DNA of 63,965 nt, the filler included, from Octopus bimaculoides (taxonomy: Eukaryota), in NCBI RefSeq assembly GCF_001194135.2. It is 7 parts of 6 records of this genome, joined end to end, with 100 filler letters (N's around TTAATTAATTAA, not from the genome) between each part and the next. Parts side by side here need not be neighbours in the genome. Positions count along the whole stretch, not along the records: positions 13,884 to 40,799 come from NC_068982.1; 6 more parts are not named here. One strand, written 5' to 3'. Shown piece after piece: positions 26,403-39,909 of this stretch. The notes under the pieces were generated by a model that worked only from the letters and a program-made list of their open reading frames with translations, was not told the DNA's origin and made no database searches. The first letter of the stretch is position 1. Each line of letters begins with the position of its first letter. A program made the translations under genes and the position numbers.

Positions 26403-27106
26403 TTTCATAACTTTATTATGAATGGTTATTTTCCATATTTTCATATGAGTTCTTTGCTATTTGTTTAAAACAGTAAAGTCCCAAAATCCATCATAATCAC
26501 CAACGTTTCAAGACTTTCACTGCTCGTCTACGGGGTATAAATTATTCCTAGCATGTGTCAATCCCTCATTGCTGTTGTAAGAAAATGTTTTATCTTTAAC
26601 ATATGTTTAAAAGTAAAGCTGTTTTCCATATATATGAATATGTATGTGTATATCGATAGATAGACATAAATATACATATATAAGCATATATGTACACACA
26701 CACGTGCATATTTATGTGTATGCATATGTGTGTGTGTGCGTGTAGCTGATTTGTATTTACTCCCTTGTCTGCATATCTGTCATTTGGATTATTGTAGCTA
26801 AGACTGGTTTATCGATCTGTTATCAATTAAATATATCCACATACTCGGTATATTTATATTGTAGTATCAACAACATCAACAGAATCAACATCAACATTCG
26901 TAACAATAAGAATAACAACGTTACCAAAACAACTTCAGTAACATTGGTATTCCTTTTATGATATGAATGGCTGTGAATTCTTACGGTTTACTCCCATATC
27001 ATCATAAGAATCATATTCGTTTCATATAACTTTACTTCCTCCTTTTAAGGCAACATCGTTCCTTTCCATATTTATAAACACTTCATTTGTCTTGAAAGAA
27101 TGGTAC

Positions 27107-27208
<102 letters not shown>

Positions 27209-27757
27209 TATTATACTTCAATTGCTTTATTCAACGCTAGTATATATAAAGTACTTACGTAATTTACTGTTTTCCAATCTGAAGTTAATCTCCGGTTTGG
27301 TAAAGAAAGCTAATTATTAGTTTGAATGTAATAAGTGATAAATATAATTGTGCAGATCTGTGTACTACTAAATGTATAGTGTATAAGCGAGTTACGCTTA
27401 TATTACAAATTTATATATATATATAGATAGATATTATTCATTAAAATACAGAGATGCCTATAATAGGACATCTAACCCGCTAGAAAGAGCAGCAAAAAAC
27501 TCTATACCACAAAAATAGGGATAATTTCGAAAGAGAATGAAAAATAAAAACTTTTACCAGTCTATACTCTGTACCATGGTTTCAAGTTATTTAGCAAGAT
27601 AAAAATATATCTTACTTGGGAAACTTTCTTCAGCAGAGTACCACGAAGTCTACTGACTAATTTTTATTCTCGCTGGACCACTGGTGGTAAATTAAATTTC
27701 TAAAATTTATATAGATAGATAGATAGATGGATAGATAGATAGATAGATAGATAGATG

Positions 27758-27825
<68 letters not shown>

Positions 27826-28144
27826 TATATATATATATAATACGTACATACATGCATACGTATATACATATATGTGTGTGTGTGTGTGTTTGTATGTATG
27901 TACGTATGTATGTATTTGTATTATATAAAGGAGAAAATACAACTCAATACTTGAGTATATGTGTGTGTGTGTGCATGTGAGTATACTTGTATGGGCGAGT
28001 GGCCCAATGGTTAAAAAACAAATTATCTGTGCAGGTTGTTCTACAAATAATTATGGAACCAGCTTTCTTGGCCTTGGGAGATGACTATCATTATCACGCC
28101 TATATACGTATATATACATACATACACACAGATATATATATATG

Positions 28145-28178
<34 letters not shown>

Positions 28179-29809
28179 CATAGGAAAAATAGAGGTTGAA
28201 AATGCACTGAGAATAGTTAAAATATTTTTTATCAATATCAAGCTTTAACCGGTTTCACAGTTTTCACACTGATTTTCAAAAAATTCAAATAAAAAGACGT
28301 GGCTTATGTCGCAGCTGTCTTGTTTCTGACTAGTGTTTGAAGCTTGCCCAATTTTTATAGGGAGTTCATTATTGTTGTTATCTTACATTATATCGGCACA
28401 GCATTAGTATGAAAGTTACAAAAGTAACTCAAGGACAAAGTCTTTCATGCATAGCAAACAAACTTACATTGGTAGGTATCGTGAACGAAACTCTCAGCAT
28501 TTGAGTCACTTTTGTTTATTGGTGTTTTAGGTTTTTGTTAGTTCTTCTTTTGGTTTTGAATTTTGAGATTATAGCAAAAAGGGATACTTATACACACACT
28601 TTGATCAACCTTTATCAATTAAGCTTTCACTATGATTAAAACATAATAGCGGTGACTATTGCTTAATTTTAAGGGCGTACATAGCTATATTATTTGTGGG
28701 ATTTTTTTTTTCGCTTTTTTTAAATGAAAGTATGTTATTTAAAGGAGACTTGGCTGCTATTCCTAGCAAGTGAAGCGACCAATTTAACTTCCTCATTAGT
28801 TCGAGTCGAGTCTCTACATTTGAAATATTTTATAATGAGAATGAATATATGGAATAGAAGACTATTGTTTAAAATTACCCAACAATAAATATTTGCTGTC
28901 GCCAACAGCAGCCGGGTTACCATTATGAAATCTAAATCATGTATGACTTTTGTTTGTTTGATTGTAATGTTAACACCATGGTGCTGATTGAATCGTAACA
29001 AGTTTTATTTCCAAACGCTTACATGTGTCATTATTCACTCTGCCTGCAGAAATTCACTTACAGGCTGTTGTTATTGAAATTTGGTTGTAATCTACCTTAA
29101 ATAATTCAATGAGAGTTTATATGCGGGTCCGGACATGTGGCTGCTAAGTTGAATATCTGCATAAGCACATTCACTCTTCTAAGTCCACACTTCGATGATA
29201 TACATATACTGATATAATATCTTAGGTAATTTTAGTGATCAAAGAGATTGATTAAAAACATGTAGTAACCTGCTTTGTATTCGTTTCAGTTTTTTTTCAA
29301 AAAACAAATATATCTTCGATTTATTGATACATTGTTTGTTGTTTAGTCAGAGAATAGAAACTGCGCTCATGATCTTTGCAGACTGTCCTAGATCGGTGAG
29401 GTCGATATAGTCGAAGTCCAGCACGAACATCTTTAAACTGACGTTACAGGGAAAATATGAATAGATTGAGACTTCTCAACAGAAAGGATTGAGTAAAGTG
29501 TTTAGTGCAGGGTACTGAGATGTGATGGACATTGTAGGAATGGTGAAAAGACATGCAATTGTTTCAAAATCTTTTGAGCAGATGTGGTACGCAGCTTTAA
29601 TATTTGGGAGAAGTAATCATAAAAAAACAATAAAAGAAATAGTGCCGCTTTCGACAAGTAAATATAGTGCTTGAATAAATGGATGACCTTTCTTGGATAC
29701 GATCTTACATGTTTCCGGAACAATATTTTAATGCAGGTTACTGTCACATGTATAGTATATATACATATATTCTCTGTATGTGTATGTTGTGTGTGTGTGT
29801 TCATTAACT

Positions 29810-29985
29810 AACAAATTGGTAATAATACAGTTCTATATTTAAGAGATGAGGAATTATGTACATTATTTACATTATTTACATTATTTACAATTGACGGATA
29901 TTTGTCCTCATCTTGTTTGTTCTTAACAACAAACAAAATGAGGACAAATATCCGTCAATTGTAAATAATGTAAATAATGTAAATT
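29810..29985. repeat. Fold-back duplication: 56-bp arms (29866-29921 and 29928-29983) around a 6-nt loop
   Basis: TTTACATTATTTACATTATTTACAATTGACGGATATTTGTCCTCATCTTGTTTGTT and its reverse complement, with one mismatch. Confidence 0.9.
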
Positions 29986-30105
29986 AATAGTAGTTTCTCA
30001 AATCGGAGAAAGACGGTTTTGCTTTTTCTTGCTGAACAACCTGCGCAAAAGATTTGTTTATAGTGATCAAATGTTTGTACTGCTCACTCTCTCCANNNNN
30101 NNNNN

Positions 30106-30310
30106 ATTTAAAAGCAGCAGAAATATAACAAAAGCTGTTACTCAGAGTTTCACGTTCCCGTTCGTCGGACAGTTTTGTTAAAACGTGAAACTCTGAGTAA
30201 CAGCTTTTGTTATATTTCTGCTGCTTTTAAATAAAGCATATTACTCTACCTCTGGTATTTGAGTACTCTTTTTTCCACCTTGTTTCACATTTATGTGCTT
30301 ATGTATATAT
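30106..30310. mobile_element. Penelope-like terminal repeat with inverted partial duplication, ending in (TA)n
   Basis: Perfect inverted arms of about 50 bp (30106-30156 and 30181-30231), containing the hammerhead below, with a T-rich tail. Confidence 0.6.
30131..30180 (-). ncRNA. Candidate type I hammerhead ribozyme (U4C core variant)
   Basis: Minus strand: TAACAAAA-CTGT-CCGACGA-ACG GGAA CGT-GAA-ACT CTG AGT-A-ACAG-C-TTTTGTTA. All three stems pair. Confidence 0.65.
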
Positions 30311-31130
30311 ACTATCTGCCGTACCCGGTAATTCCCGGAAAAGCATGGCTAATCCCGTGGTCCCGTTCTCATAACTGTTTCGCTAATCCAATAGCAGCAA
30401 TACAAAATATGTAGCCCTTAAAACGGTATTTGTGCATTTACAGAGAATACCGAACCGTCTTACATGGGATCTTGTTTTTAAGAAATCCCAATAGGTTATG
30501 AATACCAAAATCATGAAGTCAGCTACGTAGCAACATGCAAATTAGTTAACCGATAGTAACAAAATAAAATAGCCCTGAAAAGGGCTTTAATGTGTTCCCA
30601 GAGTATATAGAACCTAGGAGGAAATACCAATAAGGTGTGTATACTAAAATCGTGAAGCATGTTACATAATAATAGGCAAATCGGATATGAGATAATAACA
30701 ATTCAAAGTAAGTAACTCTGAAAAGTTCTTCATACAGCGCTTGTCAATTGGCTGAAGTGACATAAAAGACATCGTCATTCATGGTATATTGATGAATAAG
30801 TCACTAACCGAAATAAATAGACCTATTGTTGAAGAAAATACTATTTATCTGTTTAAGGGTTGTTCTGAGTAAAGTGCGAAAATAACCCTTACAGTTCAAA
30901 TACTAAGGAAAAAACATACTCAACTTGATTTGTACCAAATAAAATGTAATATTTTGAAAAAATTTTGCACAGTTGCTATGGAAACAGTACGTTAATGGTA
31001 AAATTTGCAAAAAGTTATGGCATTGATATCGCCATAACTCATGGTGAGATTTTACACAAATTTGTTTTAAATGAAAGATCTTAGATAGGTCTATGAAATG
31101 TCATTAAATTTATATATTGACTTGGGGCAG
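30308..31130 (+). mobile_element. Possible Helentron/DINE-1-like non-autonomous element
   Basis: Starts TATACTATCTGCCGTACCCGGTAATTCCCGG after (TA)n, similar to DINE/HINE 5' ends. The 3' boundary is a guess. Confidence 0.3.
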
Positions 31131-31589
31131 GGGTTAGATTGATAGTATCACTAACCTTGTCTGACAACTTGTAAGAAAGTCCACATAATGTAGAACGCAC
31201 GCGTATTTATACAACGTAACCACAGGTAACCGATCACTGTAATGATAATACTTCTCTAATAAATGAAAGGAGAAATGACCAGTGGGCAAAAGAGAAAAAT
31301 AAAGAAAAATTAATGGGATATTTCCCCATGGCCGTTAAAGGAAACTAATTGGGTTATATCTGGACCCCTTCTAGGGGCCCTAGCCGTCCAATTATAGATT
31401 TTCCTTAAGCTGCAATGAGCCTAGTAACAAACTGGATGTTGGTGTTTAACATGTATAAAAAGTTTCATGAAGATTCGTTAACAACTGTAGACGGCAACTT
31501 GACACAAACAGACAACTAAACAGACTGCCGTTTATATATGTGTATATAGATACATATATGTACATACATACATATATATGTATATAGGC

Positions 31590-31770
31590 ATGCATACCTA
31601 TATACAGGACGTCACAAAATGTAAACAACATGAAATACGAAAATAAAGTTGGGTACGCAAAGAACAACAGAAACAAAATGGAAAACAAGACAAGTAACAT
31701 AAAAAACGACCCTTCATCAGTTGTCGTCTGTCCTTCTATTCCTTATTTCGAGCATTGAACGACAATAGAA
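31590..31770 (-). mobile_element. Short Penelope-like element with permuted hammerhead half-cores, diverged
   Basis: Minus strand GCTCGAAATA...CTGATGAAGGG...T-rich...GACGTCCTGTA, similar to 9285 and 47340. Confidence 0.4.
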
Positions 31771-31954
31771 GACTTTGAAGGCAGTTGCTCCCGCGAACCA
31801 AAATAAAATTTGGAATTTGCGGAGGGTCAAAATTGGTAACAAAAACAGGACATATCCTGTCGACCAAACCACCATGTCCTTATCCATTGCTGGTCACAAT
31901 ACACTTCTATTCTTTCCTAGATCACATCATACGACAACTTCGTGGGCCCATCTG

Positions 31955-32169
31955 TCGTCTGTAAGCTTTGCGAAATGACCTGCTCGGGGAGACTTTTGTT
32001 TTTGATATTCTGCTACCACATCTTTCTATCGACGCCATTCTCGTATAGCCTCTTCGGATATGCTCCTGTAACGATATTTCTTACATGGATCTTTCCATAG
32101 CCCTCTATGTCGTATCCAGTCGTTGTTCTTTTTTTCATAGTAGCCCAAGTCTCGCGTATGCGCAAGTCT

Positions 32170-32170
<1 letters not shown>
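31955..32170 (-). mobile_element. RTE-clade LINE C-terminal fragment, decayed
   Basis: ETWATMKK.../RAMERSM*EISLQEHISEEAIRE...KDVVAEYQKQKSPRAGHFAKLTDDRWAHEVV matches the RTE WAGH...DxRW motif. Confidence 0.7.
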
Positions 32171-32223
<53 letters not shown>

Positions 32224-32794
32224 AATATATATGTTGTGTGTGTGTTTATAATAATTTTGACAGTGACCTCGATGTTTCACTGAGGGTGTGGCTAATTCAA
32301 TACACACTGACATACAAAAACGCATGTACACATGCATACAGACATATTAATATATACATACACATGTATATTTGCATGCATCATTGCATGCTTACACAAT
32401 ACACATTTCATTCAAGTATGCCTTGCTAAGTATATAAATCGCGTGTAACATACGGCGTTATCAATCTCTCAAAATCATTCATATCATGTACTTGCTTCTA
32501 GCCAAATCGTCGATGAATGTCAGACGCAGACGTACCTCATATGGACATCTGTGTTAAAAGAAAACTTTTCAGAAGACCGATGGCGCCATAATTTTCATTA
32601 TATCAATAACACTTTGCATTTGGGTTTCAACCTATATGTTTAATGAAAATAAAAGATAATGAGAAGTCAATTATGATAAAAGCTTTCTTATAGGCATTAC
32701 TAAAGATTATGTTATAACTGATATTATTAGCTATTTTTTCCCCTTAATTATAGATAAAATAATTTCAAATCAACCTGAGCTGTGTTGGAGTTTA

Positions 32795-33016
32795 TAAATA
32801 TTGGTTTCAAATTTTGGCACACGGCCACCAATTTCGGGGGCGGGGAAAAGTCGATTACATCGACCTCAGTACTCAACAGGTACTTATTTTATCGACTTCG
32901 AGAGGATGAAAGGCAAAGTAAACCTCGGTAGAATTTGAACTCAGAACGTCAAGACAGACGAAATGCCGCTAAGCAGTTTGCCCGGCCTGCTAACGATTCT
33001 ACCAGCTCACCGCCTT
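32795..33016 (-). mobile_element. SINE family 1 with an alternative tail
   Basis: Family 1 head and core on the minus strand; tail ...GTGGCCGTGTGCCAAAATTTGAAACC. Confidence 0.8.
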
Positions 33017-33079
33017 TGGAGTCGATAAATATTACGACGAAAAACGAAGTGCAATAACAGTTTTGCTGGTGTCAGTTTG

Positions 33080-33129
<50 letters not shown>

Positions 33130-33738
33130 NNNNNNNNNNNNNNNNNNNNNNNNNNNNNCTCTCTCTCCCACTCTCTCTCTCTCCCTCTCTCTCCCTCTCT
33201 CTCTCCCTCTCTCTCTCCCTCTCTCTTTCTCTCTTTCTCCTCCTTCTCTCTCTCTCCTTTTCTTTGTTATTCATCTCTTCCCTTCTTTCACTTCTTTTCT
33301 CGTCTTTCTCTTCTCGTTTACCTTTCTACTTTTCCTGTGCTATTTTGAATTATTTTTCTCTTTCTCCTCCCGTTTCTACCCGTAATTATTCTGTTTTGTA
33401 TGTCTCGTTTTTCTGTCTTCTTATGTGTATTGGTATCATTTATTCAAAATGCTATTCCATTTTCTCATTCTTCAAACACTGATCTTCTAGTTCTTTTATC
33501 TATTCCTTTTATTATTATATTCGCCAAGCCCTTACGAATTTTTTCCATATCGCTATATTTATTCCTCCACCTTATATAGAGATTTATACATTTATGTATA
33601 TTTATCGATCTGTTAGCTTCACTCCTTCTACACATATACAGGCATGCACACAAACACACACACGCACATACACACACACACATACATACATACATACATA
33701 CATACATACATACATACATACATACATACATACATACA

Positions 33739-33769
<31 letters not shown>

Positions 33770-34125
33770 GAGAAATTAGGCTTCTCAAAACCAGAAAGGA
33801 GAAAGCTGATTCGAAGACTACAGATCCAATCCATCACTGGAACTGTAAAAATCTGTAAAACTTTCCAGAAGTTTATCATTTAAGTATATAAGAGCATGTC
33901 TAGATATGCAAGTATATGCATGAGAAGACATAGATAAAACGAAACATACAAATCTGCAGTTATACATACATACATACATACATACATACATACTACGTAC
34001 GTACAAGAATACCTTGTCGTTGATGTTGAAATTCCAATGAAAGAGCCTTGGTTCTAGGTTAGAAACTGGGTGTTTCTCTATTGGCAAGAAATCTTTAAAT
34101 AAAACTGAAAATGACATACATACAT
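33770..34125 (+). mobile_element. 3' end of an RLE-type LINE (family delta) embedded in (TACA)n
   Basis: EKLGFSKPERRKLIRRLQIQSITGTVKICKTFQKFII* parallels the R4-type terminal helix (QKxxLxGTxxILRKxL). (TACA)n on both sides. Confidence 0.55.
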
Positions 34126-37100
34126 GCACACACACATATATACGTACGTACGTACGTACATACATATATGCAGACAGACATATACGTATATATGAGTATA
34201 GAGAGGAGGGAAAACAGTGAGAGAAAGGGAGATGAACGAATGTAATACAATTGTAGTAAATTTGAGTGAGATATCGAACCACTTAGAATGTTCAACGATT
34301 CATCCGATTGTTTGTGCTATGAAATTATGTGAATTAAACAAGCGGAATTACTGGATATCAGATATAGCACATAAAGAAAATATAGAATGCAAATATATAT
34401 ATACGTACACACAATATTAAATACCAATCAAAAAATCTAAATCCCAAAACGTACAACAAACCCCTTATGTGACTTGAACCATGTTTCTATCGATTACCAC
34501 TTAATGATCAGTCCTTTTCTCGTGTCTAACAATAAAATATTAGGACAAGAATTAATGCTGAGAATATTAAAAGGTGTGTAACTCTGCTGAGCTAAATGGT
34601 GGACGAATAATCACTGAAATACTATTAGTTCTAAACTTCCTAAAGTCGACTTTGCTTTTCAATCTTCTGAAGCCAATAAAATAAGTATAAATCTAGTACT
34701 GAGGTATGCAGAATCAATAATAACCATCTCTAAAATATACGGTCTTGGCCTTTTGTTAGAAATCAACATTATAATGGCGATGAGGTGGCAAAATCGTGAG
34801 AGCAGCGAACAAAAAAGAATTGTTTTCCTCTTTAATTACATCTTTTTATGTTCTGTCTTCAAATTCTGCCAAGGTCAACTTTGCTTTTCAGCGTTCCGAG
34901 GTCATGGTTCAAATATGTACCATTCAGGTGAGGGAGACGTTATAAGCGACTATACCCTGCCCTAAAATGTATGGATTTAAATCTATATTAGAGATCAATA
35001 TTACATTTAAGTACACCATCTTGTCTTAGCCTCTAACTTATTCTTAAATTTGCAGACCTGGTTATTATTTCCCTGTGTTCATTGCTAAAATATTTAACTT
35101 CACCTTGCTGCATATGCTTATTCTTTCCTATCAAGTCACTTCACTAATTGAGCATACGTTTTCTAAATTCTGAAATCACAGAGCAAACTGTAGTAATTTT
35201 AATTTTTTTGATACCACACGTTTACAATAATCTTTGAAAACGCAAGAAAACACCAAATAAATTTATCTAATACTGCCATCATCCAGTGATTATACATATC
35301 ACGAGCAGAGTGGCAAACGCATTTGTCACTCTGCTTTTGAAAAGGGACGCCTAACTAACTTTAACAACTTCATTGGGATTTGTCGCTGGGGCACACCTAT
35401 GACATTATACGCATATTACTTATGAATGTACTTATTACGTAAGCTATGGTCATTTTGAAACAGCTGTCAAGATAAGCCTTTACATAATTCTCCCCTTCTG
35501 TTTTGTTTTGTTTTTCTTTATTTTGTAATCAGTATTTTATGCTCCATGTAAATATACGTCTCAAGCCTAACTATGTCTACCTTATTATTTCTCTCTCTCT
35601 CTCTCTCTCTCTCTCCCTTTCTCATTCTCTTTTTCTCTCCCTTTCTCTCTCTCTCATTTTATATATATAATATATATATATNNNNNNNNNNNNNNNNNNN
35701 NNNNNNNNNNNNNNNNNNNNNNNNNNNNNNNNNNNNNNNNNNNNNNNNNNNNNNNNNNNNNNNNNNNNNNNNNNNNNNNNNNNNNNNNNNNNNNNNNNNN
35801 NNNNNNNNNNNNNNNNNNNNNNNNNNNNNNNNNNNNNNNNNNNNNNNNNNNNNNNNNNNNNNNNNNNNNNNNNNNNNNNNNNNNNNNNNNNNNNNNNNNN
35901 NNNNNNNNNNNNNNNNNNNNNNNNNNNNNNNNNNNNNNNNNNNNNNNNNNNNNNNNNNNNNNNNNNNNNNNNNNNNNNNNNNNNNNNNNNNNNNNNNNNN
36001 NNNNNNNNNNNNNNNNNNNNNNNNNNNNNNNNNNNNNNNNNNNNNNNNNNNNNNNNNNNNNNNNNNNNNNNNNNNNNNNNNNNNNNNNNNNNNNNNNNNN
36101 NNNNNNNNNNNNNNNNNNNNNNNNNNNNNNNNNNNNNNNNNNNNNNNNNNNNNNNNNNNNNNNNNNNNNNNNNNNNNNNNNNNNNNNNNNNNNNNNNNNN
36201 NNNNNNNNNNNNNNNNNNNNNNNNNNNNNNNNNNNNNNNNNNNNNNNNNNNNNNNNNNNNNNNNNNNNNNNNNNNNNNCAAACGAGGGCTTGTGTACAAT
36301 AATTCTGTTGTCCAGAATGTAATATTTGAGAACGAGTGTTGTAAATTTTTTGTGGATCACTGTTCAAATGAAATTACATTGTGTACGCTGATACGGCAAA
36401 CGGATGGAAAATTAAAGACAGAAAATGGAAAGCTAAAATGGATACTAAGATTTATTGATATCATTAAAAAGTGCATGTCAATTTGTTTTCCTTTTTCATT
36501 TTTTACTAATCTATTTATAAGTTGCTTAATTAGCTTTCTAGACATTACGCATTATTGTCACTATTCACTTTTGCTTCATTCTTTTCTATTACTGTTGTCT
36601 TCAATATTGCGTGGGAAGTCTTGCGACATTCGTCCTTCTATCGTTATTCCTTTTATTACTGTTGATATTGTTTCTAATATCTGAAGTAATTGAAGTCGGG
36701 CAAAATAAAAAACGAAATCAAAGAATTGTTGTCTGAATGTTTATCAAAGTTCGCAGCCGAACTACATCTGCAGCAAACGTGGGGAAATTTAATTGAGTCT
36801 GATGGTGCTTATTAGTATGCAGTTTGATAGTATTTCTGTGATCGTATTGTTTTCTTAAAGTCTGCCATGAGTGAACGTGCGTGTTTGATTCTTTTCTACT
36901 TCTCAAGCACGATGGCTCAGTAAGCAGTAATCCTGGGGAGAAACCTTCCACAATCGCTTTCTGCTTTGCATCCACCTCATTTCTGCACACACTTCGTATA
37001 TCTCCCACAAAATTTTCCGTTCCCTTCCTTTCATACATTCATACACACCAAATGCAAACAAACCAACAAGACCGCAACCGATAAAACACGCCAGAGTTTC

Positions 37101-37623
37101 ATTNNNNNNNNNNNNNNNNNNNNNNNNNNNNNNNNNNNNNNNNNNNNNNNNNNNNNNNNNNNNNNNNNNNNNNNNNNNNNNNNNNNNNNNNNNNNNNNNN
37201 NNNNNNNNNNNNNNNNNNNNNNNNNNNNNNNNNNNNNNNNNNNNNNNNNNNNNNNNNNNNNNNNNNNNNNNNNNNNNNNNNNNNNNNNNNNNNNNNNNNN
37301 NNNNNNNNNNNNNNNNNNNNNNNNNNNNNNNNNNNNNNNNNNNNNNNNNNNNNNNNNNNNNNNNNNNNNNNNNNNNNNNNNNNNNNNNNNNNNNNNNNNN
37401 NNNNNNNNNNNNNNNNNNNNNNNNNNNNNNNNNNNNNNNNNNNNNNNNNNNNNNNNNNNNNNNNNNNNNNNNNNNNNNNNNNNNNNNNNNNNNNNNNNNN
37501 NNNNNNNNNNNNNNNNNNNNNNNNNNNNNNNNNNNNNNNNNNNNNNNNNNNNNNNNNNNNNNNNNNNNNNNNNNNNNNNNNNNNNNNNNNNNNNNNNNNN
37601 NNNNNNNNNNNNNNNNNNNNNNN

Positions 37624-37830
37624 CTTTATTTCACGTTACTCCAGTTCACTCAGCTGTAGAATTTAGTCGCGACGTCACAGGCGCCTGGCTGTATCAGCCT
37701 TTGCCTTTCCCTTGGATAACACTGGTGGCGTGGAGAGGGGAGGCTGGTATGCATGGGCGACTGCTGGTCTTCCATAAACAACCTTGCCAGGACTTGTCCC
37801 ATGGTCAGTCATGACCGAAGGGGGTCTCAG
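37624..37830 (+). mobile_element. SINE sharing the family 3 central domain but with a different tail (family 4); head lost in gap
   Basis: CTTTATTTCACGTTACTCCAGTTCACTCAGCTG followed by GCCTTTGCCTTTCCCTTGGATAAC...CATGACCGAAGGGGGTCT. Confidence 0.6.
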
Positions 37831-37838
37831 CATATATA

Positions 37839-37871
<33 letters not shown>

Positions 37872-39021
37872 ATATATACACACACACATTCATACATACT
37901 TATACGTATATATACGTATATATATGCATATACATATATCATGTATGTATGTATGTATGTATGTATGTATGTATGTATGTATGTATGTATAAAAGAAACT
38001 CGTTTATTATAGCATACATTAGTCATAAAATATATAAGAAAATTGTATTTATATTGCGGGCTTACAGAGATGCGTCATATTCAGTGTAAATGCCTTTTAC
38101 ATCAGCAACTGGTTCTTAAAGAGAAACAAACATCTGCTGCTAATGACCTGAACGATGAACATCGACGACATGAAGTATGATGATGAACTGTCAAAACATA
38201 GGACATTAAGAACATGGACAAACGTATGAAATTATTTTATTTCTATGTATTCCATTGGTGCCTTTTGTGTTTTCTTTTTTAAAGCAGTTGGACTGGGCAA
38301 ACTCCGATAATGAATTTATTGAACAGCTTATCTTCTGAATATGTCAATGAATATTTGCAAAGCAAACATTGAATACATCATCCACATAACTTTATGTGTG
38401 CATGGAATGAAGATATAAAAACGTGTCTACAGTACTGAAGTTTGCTGAAAATATTTACACATTAGAATGTATATTTGTTAAATGTTGTTTAACATTTAGA
38501 TAAGAAATAATCAGTTTTTCTGAGAACCAGCAGTCAAGTGCCCAACCGTTGCAGAAAGGAACTTTCTGCGGACAGCTGATTCGCTAGAAATAACAGTGAA
38601 ACCTATCCACTTGGAAAAGGAGAAACACACTGAGTAATATAATCTTAGATATTCCATATTTGTAAAAGACATGAAGATTTATATTCTTCCATTTTTCTTT
38701 TAAATAATAATGTACGATTTCACAAGATTTGGCTTCTGTATCTAACAAGTTCAGTGACTACGTAAGGCATCCTTTGTAGAATTCCAAGTCAGAGAGATAT
38801 CTACCGGCAATGACAACTAGTTTATGTATTCTGTCTTTTACTTTCCGATAAACATTTGGTTCTTTTAGTGATAACTTTTCCTCTCAGCCTATCTCTATTT
38901 TCTTCTACATCTTCCTTCTCATAATTCTTCATGTACAGGCGTTTTGCGTGTACTTCATAATAAATAATGCATACAACCCTACACACATACATATAATTTT
39001 CTCTCTCCCTCTCTCTTTCCC

Positions 39022-39143
<122 letters not shown>

Positions 39144-39875
39144 TTTGTTTGCTTCCTCTCTTTCACTCTTTCTATCAATCTCTTTATCATTCTATACACC
39201 CATCAATATCTACGTGTAAGTGTGCATGCCATGATGATTAATAAATTCAGATAGACATAATTTAGATTTCTTTTCTTTTCTTTACTTGTCTTAAATCATA
39301 TATTCATTTATCTATTTTCGGGTGTTCTTTTTCTAAACTTAGAAAGAAATGAGAGAAAAACATACCAATAAATTCTCTTGTCGAGTTAATACAATGTTTT
39401 CTGGACATATACCGTCTTGGTGGTCTTACCAACAACAACCAACCTCACCACAATTATATTCACCACCATGATTCTATATGCATTGTTTTTTTCTGTTTTG
39501 CCTTACGCTATCATCTCGCGTCTTGAAAGTTGTTTTCCGATATGTTTGTGATAACATAACACGATTCCTTACATCCAACTGAAGCTAAAAACAACATACA
39601 AGAAAACGCATGATAAAGTCGTAACACGTGATAAAGTCCAATTAAAAGGAAAGAATAAGTCACCGTTTTTCACATTTTTCGATTTACTTTTGTAAATTTG
39701 AAAATAGAGTAAGTTGTGTTTGTACATGTTAAGTTTTCTTTATATAACTTTTATTGTCTCGATGGTCAAATGGTCAAAGGAAATGTTTCCCGCGTGGCTT
39801 CGTTTATCACTCCCACATTTGGGTGCACAATATTTGAGGCATGATACCAAATTCAGTATATATACNNNNNNNNNN

Positions 39876-39909
<34 letters not shown>

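Noticed and set aside
29345-29460. CpG-rich segment that could encode LKMFVLDFDYIDLTDLGQSAKIM (minus)
   Set aside because: No paired splice sites and no family match that I can name.
36718-37084. 106-aa minus ORF and a GEKP motif on plus
   Set aside because: No C2H2 cysteine/histidine spacing; consistent with chance ORFs.
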